Shown in pieces: positions 51,289-59,357 of a stretch of 64,000 nt of DNA (positions are counted from its first letter, which is position 1; the number at the start of each line of letters is the position of its first letter). The notes beneath the pieces are model-generated. The model had not been told where the DNA came from. It did no database searches and was given only the letters and a program-made list of their open reading frames with translations. The DNA is taken from the NCBI GenBank assembly GCA_964642015.1, contig CAZXLF010000002.1, positions 2,717 through 66,716 on the forward strand, in the 5' to 3' direction. The translations under genes and the position numbers were made by a program. The DNA is from an uncultured Planctomycetia bacterium (lineage in GTDB: Bacteria > Omnitrophota > Gorgyraeia > 2-02-FULL-51-18).

Positions 51289-52308
51289 ATGATTGCAGGC
51301 TATCAAAAAACCGTGAATAAAAAAATCAACTCATTAAATATTTCTATTTTTTTTGGGATCTTTTTTTTATGCGCTACAGTTAGCTACAGCATTGTTTATT
51401 CAAATATTCAGAATTTTTCTTTGTCTCCGGCAATGGGAAATCTGGACACGCAAATTTACCTATCAATGTACAAAGGAGAACCCGTCCAGCGCTATGAAGG
51501 ACGCCGCGTCTTAGTCCCTTTTTTGGCACGGTCCTTGCCTGATTTTCCGCCGTCTTTTTTTGCTAAAGACCACGAATTATCCGGATCATGGACGGCAATA
51601 GTAAAATTCGGAGTCGTTAATTATTTTTTTCTCACAGCCGCGGGAATAGTATTTTTTTACTACTTAAAACAGGCTAAGTTCTCAAATTGGGAATCTGTCG
51701 CCGGATGCCTTTTATTTTATTCGGCAAGGCCTGTGGTCCAGAATGCGGGCCTACCTTTGCCCGATGCGGCTTCGTATTTTTTCTTGGCGATCTGTTTTTA
51801 TTCTATTCAAGTCGAAAATAGATGGCTGCTTTTTGTTGGTTTTTTATTGGGCATTTTTGCGAAAGAATCTGTTTTTTTGGTGATCCCAGCGCTTCTTTTT
51901 TCAGAACATAAGCTTAGATCGAAAATGCTATATGTGCTTATCCCCGGGATTGTAACTTATTCGATTTGTCATTGCGCCATTGTCTTACCCAGACCCAATC
52001 TAACGAATATGCTTTTAGTTTCAGCGCGCTATTTTATTGATACTTTTACTCACGTGAATAGGCTGATAGATCTTTTTTCGTCATTCGGGTTGCTTTGGTT
52101 GCCGGCGTTTTTTTCATTAACATTTCCTGAATTGCCGATAGAGCACCGTCGATGGAAGTGGTTAATTCCATTTATGCTTGCTGTCATTTTTATTTTCAGC
52201 ATGAATCTTGGGCGGATATTATTTGTCGTATTTCCTGTCGTGATCCCGCTGTCATTATTTGGACTGCGCAGGTTTTTGGCAGAAAAAAGTCATGGCTCAA
52301 CGTCATAA
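51289..52308 (+). CDS. Polytopic membrane protein, hypothetical
   Basis: 339 aa with ~9 hydrophobic helices and no recognisable motif. Confidence 0.3.
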   Translation: MIAGYQKTVNKKINSLNISIFFGIFFLCATVSYSIVYSNIQNFSLSPAMGNLDTQIYLSMYKGEPVQRYEGRRVLVPFLARSLPDFPPSFFAKDHELSGSWTAIVKFGVVNYFFLTAAGIVFFYYLKQAKFSNWESVAGCLLFYSARPVVQNAGLPLPDAASYFFLAICFYSIQVENRWLLFVGFLLGIFAKESVFLVIPALLFSEHKLRSKMLYVLIPGIVTYSICHCAIVLPRPNLTNMLLVSARYFIDTFTHVNRLIDLFSSFGLLWLPAFFSLTFPELPIEHRRWKWLIPFMLAVIFIFSMNLGRILFVVFPVVIPLSLFGLRRFLAEKSHGSTS

Positions 52309-52361
52309 TTATGTAGATGAAATGAGACGCATTATGTACAATAATCTTTACAGGGGGTCTC

Positions 52362-52658
52362 ATGGATACGAAAGATCTGATCTTTTCAAAAAATCCCAAT
52401 TTTGTCTTCCGCCAGATAGCCGGTGAGTCTTTATTGATCCCGATCCGAAAAAAACTGAATCAAGTGAACAGTCTTTACGTCTTAAATGAGACAGCGGCCG
52501 CTTTTTGGAACCGGTTGGACGGCCAATGCTCCATAAACCGCATTTTGAATGATCTCACGCAGGTATTCGATGTGTCACTCGAGCAACTTGAGCAAGATAC
52601 GTCAGTGTTGGTCCAGGATCTTTTGAGCATCGAGGCTATTCAAGAAGCCATTTCTTAA
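52362..52658 (+). CDS. PqqD-family RiPP recognition element (peptide chaperone)
   Basis: 'FRQIAGESLLIPIRKKLNQVNSLYVLNETAAAFWNRLDGQCSINRILNDLTQVFDVSLEQLEQDTSVLVQDLLSIEAI' is a strong PqqD pattern. Confidence 0.75.
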   Translation: MDTKDLIFSKNPNFVFRQIAGESLLIPIRKKLNQVNSLYVLNETAAAFWNRLDGQCSINRILNDLTQVFDVSLEQLEQDTSVLVQDLLSIEAIQEAIS

Positions 52659-52675
52659 TTCTAAAAAATGGAAGA

Positions 52676-53575
52676 ATGGATAAAATAGATCTAAAAATTC
52701 CCAGCCATTATCCACTTCACTGCCAATGGGAAATCACCTGTCGATGCAATTTGCGCTGTGTGATGTGCTACACCGATTGTTTTAATACGCCGCAAAAGAT
52801 CAAAGAAGAGCTGTCTACGGCGGAGATACTTCGGATCATGGGCGAGCTTGCTGAGGCGGGATGTCTTGAGCTGACGCTCACCGGAGGCGAACCTTTCGCA
52901 AGGCCTGATTTTTTTGAGATCTATGATTACGCGAAAGAAAAAGGCTTTCTTATCATCATATTTTCTAACGGAACCTTGATCACTGAAAAGATCGCCGATC
53001 GCTTTGCTATAAATCCGCCCGAGCGCATCGAAATCAGTTTTCACGGTCTTACCGAACGATCCTTTGAAGCGATCACAAAGGGGGCTGGTTCCTACCATAA
53101 ATGCCTGGAAGCGATCCGTTTGCTTCTGGAGCGCCGCATTCCGCTTGTCTTAAAAAGTGTGGCGATGACGGTCAACAAGGATGAAGTTCTGGCGATCAAG
53201 AAATTCTCTAAAGAGCTGGGGCCTGTGGTTTATCATCTCGGCGAAGAAATACGGATGGCCATCGACGGAGGTGAAGCGCCTTTTCAATATCAGCTTTCCG
53301 AGCAAGAACTTGAAACGATCCACCGGCAGGATCCGGCTATTTGGAAAGAGGCTTGTTGCAAAAAAGAGTCTCCTGTACCTGTTTGTCAAAGCGCGAGGCA
53401 AAATTTTCACATTGATGCCTATGGGCAGCTTCAACGCTGTTCGGGTAACCGCTTGGCGAGCTATGACCTGCGCTCAGGCTCATTCAAAGAAGGTTTTTAT
53501 CGATTTCTTCAAGATTTTCCTTGTCCGGCAAAGTGCAATGAAGCGGTAAAAACGGAAATTTATGGGTTGTTATGA
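52676..53575 (+). CDS. Radical SAM enzyme with a C-terminal Cys-rich SPASM/twitch-like domain (rSAM-1)
   Basis: 'CQWEITCRCNLRCVMCYTD' carries the CX3CX2C motif. The C-terminal Cys run is 'CCKKESPVPVCQSA...RCSGN...CPAKC'. Confidence 0.75.
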   Translation: MDKIDLKIPSHYPLHCQWEITCRCNLRCVMCYTDCFNTPQKIKEELSTAEILRIMGELAEAGCLELTLTGGEPFARPDFFEIYDYAKEKGFLIIIFSNGTLITEKIADRFAINPPERIEISFHGLTERSFEAITKGAGSYHKCLEAIRLLLERRIPLVLKSVAMTVNKDEVLAIKKFSKELGPVVYHLGEEIRMAIDGGEAPFQYQLSEQELETIHRQDPAIWKEACCKKESPVPVCQSARQNFHIDAYGQLQRCSGNRLASYDLRSGSFKEGFYRFLQDFPCPAKCNEAVKTEIYGLL

Positions 53576-54693
53576 TCTTAAATCCGAATAAGATCTCCAA
53601 AATGGAATATGGTGATTTTAGTCTTAACATTCATGAGAAGGCCGGCACAGAATGCGTGATCAAAGCGCAGATGGAACTTACTTACCGCTGCAATCTCCAT
53701 TGCCGTCATTGTTATACCGACCCTTTCAATCGTAAGGAGTATTTCCCTAAAGAAATGGAATTGGCGGAGGTTAAAAGGATTCTTGATGAAATGGCGGCGT
53801 TGGGGATCTTATGGCTTAACTTCACCGGCGGCGAAGCGTTGATGAGAAAGGATTTCTTTGAGATCTATGATTACGCGTGGGCTAAAGGTTTTATTTTGAC
53901 GCTTTATACCAACGGCACCATGATCACTGAATCGGTGATCAACAAATTAAAAGATAAACCGCCGTTTTTTATCGATGTCTCATGTCACTCGATAACCGAA
54001 GAGAGTTTTGATTGGTTTACGCAAGTCAAAGGGTCGTTTCGTCATTTTCTCAAGAGCATGGAACTCTTGAAAGCGAGCGGCTTGCCTTTCCGGATGAAAA
54101 CGATCGGGATGAATTGGAACAAGAAAGAGCTGCCGTACATAAAGGAATATGTCGAATCTTTTGGGATTTCCTTTCATCCAACCACAGCTCTTTATCCAAG
54201 ATTAACCGGCGATCTTGAGCCTTTGAAATTGAGGCTTTCTCCTGAGGAAGCGGTCGATCTGCAGGTTGGATCAGAGGTATTTCAGGAAGATGAATGTCTT
54301 GACTCAGACTCTGTTTACAGCACTATTCCAAACCGACTTTATCGCTGTACTTGCGCGACTAATGCGATCCATATCAACGCATGGGCGGAACTTGGCACCT
54401 GCGGGTTGGAATATGAGGCCAGAGCTTCTCTTCGAGAATATTCTTTAAAGGAGGCTATCTCACAGGTTTTTGAGAAAGTTCGCTCGCTCAGGTTTGAAAC
54501 AAACACACCTTGCCGGGATTGTTCGCTATTCTCATTTTGCAACAAAAAGCCGACCTCTGCGCGTTGGGAATTCAAAGACCCCCAGAGGGCGAATCCTTAT
54601 GAATGTGATGTAGCTTTTTTAAAAGCGTCGCGGTTAACAGGTAAAACACAAATGCACCCGTTAAAAAAAGAGGAGAGTGGCTATGCCGGATAA
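53572..54693 (+). CDS. Radical SAM enzyme with a SPASM-like C-terminal domain (rSAM-2)
   Basis: 'YRCNLHCRHCYTD', and C-terminal 'CTCATNA...GTCG...CRDCSLFSFC'. It is paralogous to rSAM-1 ('FFEIYDYA..KGF...ysNGT.IT'). Confidence 0.75.
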   Translation: MILNPNKISKMEYGDFSLNIHEKAGTECVIKAQMELTYRCNLHCRHCYTDPFNRKEYFPKEMELAEVKRILDEMAALGILWLNFTGGEALMRKDFFEIYDYAWAKGFILTLYTNGTMITESVINKLKDKPPFFIDVSCHSITEESFDWFTQVKGSFRHFLKSMELLKASGLPFRMKTIGMNWNKKELPYIKEYVESFGISFHPTTALYPRLTGDLEPLKLRLSPEEAVDLQVGSEVFQEDECLDSDSVYSTIPNRLYRCTCATNAIHINAWAELGTCGLEYEARASLREYSLKEAISQVFEKVRSLRFETNTPCRDCSLFSFCNKKPTSARWEFKDPQRANPYECDVAFLKASRLTGKTQMHPLKKEESGYAG

Positions 54694-54865
54694 AAAGAAG
54701 TACATTACGCCTCAAATATTTGAGGTCCCGTTAAGGCAAGAACAGGCTGTGCTTACTAGTTGCAATACTAATTGGTCCAATTCTACATCCGGCGGAAATG
54801 GCAAGTGCACCAGCGGTGGATGTAAAAATGGAGGAGGGACCAATAATGCAAACCCTCCATCTTAA
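54683..54865 (+). CDS. Candidate RiPP precursor peptide, 60 aa: MPDKKKYITPQIFEVPLRQEQAVLTSCNTNWSNSTSGGNGKCTSGGCKNGGGTNNANPPS
   Basis: A Shine–Dalgarno 'aggagag' lies 7 nt upstream of the ATG (an alternative GTG is at 54677). The charged/hydrophobic leader is followed by a Gly/Ser/Thr/Asn-rich core with 3 Cys, 1 Trp and 2 Lys. The gene sits between rSAM-2 and the kinase. Confidence 0.7.
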   Translation: MPDKKKYITPQIFEVPLRQEQAVLTSCNTNWSNSTSGGNGKCTSGGCKNGGGTNNANPPS

Positions 54866-54889
54866 ACGCTTATTTCAAGACTAGTCCAA

Positions 54890-55783
54890 ATGCTGATTTC
54901 ATTGGGGATTGGCGGCTATAAAGTTTCAATAGAAGAGCCTAGAGATCGTTTCTGCTTTTTTTGGCCTCTTGCTAGATTTGAACCATTTCTTTCTAATGAA
55001 ACAGCGAATTCAGATATCACTGTTAAAGTCCATATCGTTAAAAAACTAGCAGTGCTTAATAATGAAAATTTGATCTTTGATTCCGGAATAGGTTATTGGA
55101 AACTTTATGATAATGGGCCTAAGGGTTATTTATTTGAAAGTTGCCGTGCAGAGAATGGCCGGCTTTTTTTGCAAGCGGCCATATCGCATGATCTTTCAGA
55201 GGTTGAAGTGACCGTCAAAGAAACCCGCATGAAAGGTAGTGCGCGCGGCGGTTGGGGGCCTGCCACTATTATCAGTCCGCTTCTCGAATTTGTGCTTCAG
55301 GAGAAACTTGCTAGAGATGGCGGCGTGATGCTTCACAGCTCCGCAATATTGGCAGAAAATGAAGTGCTTGTTTTTTTTGGCCCTTCCGGTGCCGGTAAAT
55401 CAACAGCGGCAAATTTTTTTCTGAATAAAGGATATACAGTTCTCAATGATGAGCGCGTGATCATCCGGCGGGAAGGCGACGAGTTTAAAGCATATGGTAC
55501 TCCATGGCCCGGTTCAAGTTTTCTTTATTCGGGTGCACAGGGTCGAATGAGACAGATTTTTAAAATCGGCCATGGGCAGGGAAAGCATATGTTAAATAAA
55601 ATGTCGACCAGAGTAATGATGGCCACTTTATTTCAAGAGGCCTACTTGCCCCATTGGACCGTGATGGGAATGGATAAAACAACTCGTTTTTTTGAGGAAC
55701 TGGCAACTACTTTTGGTTCTCTTGAACTTTTATTTTGTAAATCTTCGGATATCGTTGACTTCCTAACAGAAATTTTTTTTTAA
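54890..55783 (+). CDS. HprK-related P-loop kinase (HPr kinase C-terminal-domain-like)
   Basis: 'VLVFFGPSGAGKSTAANFF' Walker A. Its size and context match 7961..9028. Confidence 0.55.
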   Translation: MLISLGIGGYKVSIEEPRDRFCFFWPLARFEPFLSNETANSDITVKVHIVKKLAVLNNENLIFDSGIGYWKLYDNGPKGYLFESCRAENGRLFLQAAISHDLSEVEVTVKETRMKGSARGGWGPATIISPLLEFVLQEKLARDGGVMLHSSAILAENEVLVFFGPSGAGKSTAANFFLNKGYTVLNDERVIIRREGDEFKAYGTPWPGSSFLYSGAQGRMRQIFKIGHGQGKHMLNKMSTRVMMATLFQEAYLPHWTVMGMDKTTRFFEELATTFGSLELLFCKSSDIVDFLTEIFF

Positions 55784-55796
55784 TGCGAGTCATTTA

Positions 55797-56843
55797 ATGA
55801 AAATTTTAAACGAGAATATTCTCTATCAATCCGTCGCTTTAGGTTCAAAGACCGAAAAGATACCTTCAAAAGTTTTATTTGAGTTAACTTATGGCTGCAA
55901 TTTCCGCTGCGTACATTGTTATAATCCCACACATCAGGCGCGGCCTGAAGAGCTTTCAACAAAAGAAATACATCGAATCTTAAATGAAATTGCAGACTTG
56001 GGTGTTTTATCTATCATTTTTACAGGCGGGGAATTATTTACACGTCCTGATATTTTAGAAATTCTCGAGCATGCCAAGCGATTAGGGCTTTTAATCGACA
56101 TTTTTACCAATGCGAGCCTGTTAACAGACTTGATCGTTAAAAGGCTTGATGAATTAGGGATCCGCGACATGGTCGTTTCGATTTATGGAACGACTCCGTC
56201 CACATTTGAAAAGGTCACTCGTCAAGCGAACTCTTATGAGCGTTTCTTGCGTGGAATCGTGGCGCTTGCAAAATCCTCTTTGAATGTCCACATTCGAATT
56301 CCTCTATTAACTTTGAATAAACATGAAGCCGAGACCGCCAAACTGTTTGTCGAAAGTATGGGATTTCCGTTTCGCTTTTATCTTGAAATTGAGCCTCGCC
56401 AAGATGGTAATCAAGAACCGTTGCAGTACAATCTTAATGCGGGTGAAAAAATGGATATTTTAAAAAGATTACGTCCAGAGGCTTTGGAAAAACCTCCTTT
56501 TGAAGAAAAGCAATTTTCAACGGATTTTATTGAATGCGCTTGCGGTAAGGAACAGTTCGCAGTGACTCCCTACGGAAAAATGAACTTTTGCGTTTCTTTT
56601 CCAACACCGAATTATGACTTGCGCTGCGGTACCGTCAAAGAAGGCTGGCAAATACTTCAGAAATTGGTCCGAGAAGCTAAACCCAATGAAAATTATCATT
56701 GTCCTGGCTGTGACGTCCGGTCGTTTTGCCAGCAAGGTCGTAGCGATGCCTGGCTCGAAACAGGCGACATGAGCGTATGCCTCCCACGTTTTAAAGAAGC
56801 CGCCACTCTTCATAAGACAGCGGTCATTCATAAGACGATCTGA
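55797..56843 (+). CDS. Radical SAM enzyme with a SPASM-like C-terminal domain (rSAM-3)
   Basis: 'YGCNFRCVHCYNP', and C-terminal 'CACGKEQ...CVSF...RCGT...CPGCDVRSFCQ'. Confidence 0.75.
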   Translation: MKILNENILYQSVALGSKTEKIPSKVLFELTYGCNFRCVHCYNPTHQARPEELSTKEIHRILNEIADLGVLSIIFTGGELFTRPDILEILEHAKRLGLLIDIFTNASLLTDLIVKRLDELGIRDMVVSIYGTTPSTFEKVTRQANSYERFLRGIVALAKSSLNVHIRIPLLTLNKHEAETAKLFVESMGFPFRFYLEIEPRQDGNQEPLQYNLNAGEKMDILKRLRPEALEKPPFEEKQFSTDFIECACGKEQFAVTPYGKMNFCVSFPTPNYDLRCGTVKEGWQILQKLVREAKPNENYHCPGCDVRSFCQQGRSDAWLETGDMSVCLPRFKEAATLHKTAVIHKTI

Positions 56844-56955
56844 TGAGGGTCTGTAGCCGGATGGGCTGGTTGATTTTAAGATTGTTTTATTGGTTGCGTT
56901 CAAGCATACCAGCGTTTTTTAATGAGGGCGGTGCCAACTTCGCTGCGCTGTACCC

Positions 56956-57777
56956 ATGATCAATCTGTTACAATCCACGGAATCAGATGGAAGATTTTCC
57001 TTGCAAGAAATAATACAAACAGAGGATTCCGATCTGTCGCTTACTTTTAAGACGGCTGGTTGGAGCATGTTTCCTACGTTAAGGAACAATGACTGCATTG
57101 AGCTTTCGAGAATCCAAGATTACGAAGTAGGAGATCTTGTTGTTTTTCGTCAAAATAACAGGTTAATTTGCCACCGCATCTCAGAGATTCATTTGAATGG
57201 CCGGATACGGACGAGTAGTATCGGAGGTGAACATTTCATTCGGCAAAACGATATTTTGGGCAAAGTCAATTCGATCATTCGAGGCAAAAACCATTTTTGT
57301 CCTTCGAAAACCCAGAAAAAACTACAACTATTCGATCGTTTTTGGATCCATTTGAATATAAATTTAGAAACTATTCAGAATAAGTGTCGTGAATTAATGT
57401 TTGATGTATTTGTTTTGATCAACCGGATCCTGATCTTTAATCAGATCATTTTATTTTTTATGAATAAAAACGTTCACTATTCGATCGGTTCTAAAGCTCA
57501 GGTTGGTCCATTGGATTGCTACCGATTGATTCCTGTTCAGAAAAAGCTCACGCAAGGTTCGATGATTGCGTTAAAGGAAAGTCTAAAAAATGGTAAAGAC
57601 TGTTCAATCCTTGTCGCGCAATTGGCAGGACGTTATGCGGCGACTTTTGAATTTGCTTCAGGCAAAGTATGGCTTCATGACCGTCTAAAAATTACGAATT
57701 TCAAAGCAGAGATTTCACGCTTTGCAGAAAAACTGTGTCACGAATTGAAAGGATATTGTGAACTTAGCGGTGATTGA
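56956..57777 (+). CDS. S24/S26-type serine peptidase domain (signal-peptidase-I/LexA-like) fused to a ~180-aa uncharacterised C-terminal domain; candidate leader peptidase
   Basis: 'TAGWSMFPTLRNNDCIELSRIQDYEVGDLVVF' matches the G-x-SM-x-PTL catalytic-Ser box of S26/S24 peptidases. Confidence 0.5.
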   Translation: MINLLQSTESDGRFSLQEIIQTEDSDLSLTFKTAGWSMFPTLRNNDCIELSRIQDYEVGDLVVFRQNNRLICHRISEIHLNGRIRTSSIGGEHFIRQNDILGKVNSIIRGKNHFCPSKTQKKLQLFDRFWIHLNINLETIQNKCRELMFDVFVLINRILIFNQIILFFMNKNVHYSIGSKAQVGPLDCYRLIPVQKKLTQGSMIALKESLKNGKDCSILVAQLAGRYAATFEFASGKVWLHDRLKITNFKAEISRFAEKLCHELKGYCELSGD

Positions 57778-58558
57778 AGCAACAAATCTAACAAAAACCT
57801 ACTCAGCCGGCACGGGATTATTGGACTGGCTTTTTCGGAATTCATCTATGAAGCCAAAAACAACGGCTCTCAACGGTGTAAATTTACGCATCGAGAAAGG
57901 CGAAATCATCACTTTGCTTGGGCCTAACGGCGCAGGCAAAACGACCCTCATAAAAATTTTAGCCGGTCTTATGACTCCGGACAGTGGTAACGTTAATATT
58001 TGCGGTTTTGACACGGTCAAAGATCTTGCGAAAACTAAACAGTGCGTGAGTCTAGTGCTGGGTGAAGAGAAGAGTTTTTACTGGCGGCTTACAGGACGTC
58101 AAAATCTCGAGTTTTTTGGAATTCTTTACAATCTTTCAAGAGATCGCATCCGCCAAAAGATCAAACAGGCGGCCGAGCTTCTTGACCTCGATCTGGACAA
58201 ACGCTACCAGGAATGTTCGACGGGTATGAAATTTCGTCTGGCGCTGGCGCGTGGATTTTTGAGCGATGCAAAATTGATCCTGATGGATGAACCGACTAGA
58301 AGTTTGGATCCTAATGTAGCAAACCGGCTGAGGGAATTGATCAAAACAATGCGTAACGAGAAAGGATGCGCGTTTTTTTTCGCCACACACGATGTCCATG
58401 AGGCCGAAACGGTCGCCGATAGGATTGTAATCTTGGATCAGGGAAAGATCAGGGCAAGCGGAAGATTGAGCGATCTAAGAAATATTTTAGGGAACAATGA
58501 GGCATCAGTGGAAGATATCTTTCAGCGTGTGACCATCGAGGATCAGTATGTTTTTTAG
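57758..58558 (+). CDS. ABC transporter ATP-binding protein
   Basis: Walker A 'GPNGAGKTT', Q-loop, signature-like 'CSTGMKFRLALARG', Walker B 'ILMDEPT'. Confidence 0.8.
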   Translation: MNLAVIEATNLTKTYSAGTGLLDWLFRNSSMKPKTTALNGVNLRIEKGEIITLLGPNGAGKTTLIKILAGLMTPDSGNVNICGFDTVKDLAKTKQCVSLVLGEEKSFYWRLTGRQNLEFFGILYNLSRDRIRQKIKQAAELLDLDLDKRYQECSTGMKFRLALARGFLSDAKLILMDEPTRSLDPNVANRLRELIKTMRNEKGCAFFFATHDVHEAETVADRIVILDQGKIRASGRLSDLRNILGNNEASVEDIFQRVTIEDQYVF

Positions 58559-59357
58559 AAAATTTTTTGCGATCATATACCGCGATGCGCTCGAAGCATT
58601 AAGTTACAAAACCGCATTTTTTACCGATTTATTAGCGATGACAGCACAGCTCTTGATCTTCTTTTTTGTGGGGCGCATGATCGGGCCGCAGGCAGCCCCG
58701 TTTCTTAGTGAATATGGCGGTGAGTATTTTCCATTCGTGCTTATTGGTATTGCTGTCGCAGGGTTTTGTATGGCCGGTACGAACAGCTTCACTGGTACGA
58801 TCATGAAGGAGCAGGGCGACGGAACGCTTGAGGCCATTTTTGTGACCCCGACCTCTCTTGGTGTATTCATGTTCACGGGATTTATTCGGACATTCGTTTC
58901 AAGCTCCTGTCGGGTATTTGTGTTTTTATTGATGGGGTTGTTATTTTTTAAGATACGTTTACCTATGGTTAACATCCCGGTTTTCTTGCTTCTTCTGGTC
59001 TTGTCGATGGTCGTTTTTGGAAGTTTTGGGCTTTTTTCAGGAGGAGCATTGCTCGTGCTTAAAAGAGGTGATCCTTTCACGCATTTGTTCAATGCCGCTT
59101 CTCGTTTTCTTGCAGGCGTTTATTTTCCTGTTACGCTTCTGCCGCTGTGGCTTCAAAAGGTTTCTTTATGGATGCCGATGACCTATGCGCTTCAGGCGAT
59201 AAGAAAGGCGGTTCTAATCGGTGCCTCTGTTCATGATCTGCAGGCGGAGATGATCACACTGGCGCTTTTTTCGGCCGTTTTATTTTTTTGCGGCATAGCT
59301 TTTTTTAACTGGTGTTTTGAGAAAGCTCGAAAGGAAGGATCCCTTGCTTTCCGCTAA
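58548..59357 (+). CDS. ABC-2 type transporter permease
   Basis: 269 aa with six TM helices. Its start overlaps the ATPase gene end. Confidence 0.65.
   Translation: MFFRKFFAIIYRDALEALSYKTAFFTDLLAMTAQLLIFFFVGRMIGPQAAPFLSEYGGEYFPFVLIGIAVAGFCMAGTNSFTGTIMKEQGDGTLEAIFVTPTSLGVFMFTGFIRTFVSSSCRVFVFLLMGLLFFKIRLPMVNIPVFLLLLVLSMVVFGSFGLFSGGALLVLKRGDPFTHLFNAASRFLAGVYFPVTLLPLWLQKVSLWMPMTYALQAIRKAVLIGASVHDLQAEMITLALFSAVLFFCGIAFFNWCFEKARKEGSLAFR

Noticed and set aside
54677-54682. GTG at 54677 as the precursor start, giving MAMPDKK…
   Set aside because: The ATG at 54683 has better Shine–Dalgarno spacing (aggagag, then 6–7 nt). It is kept as an alternative only.
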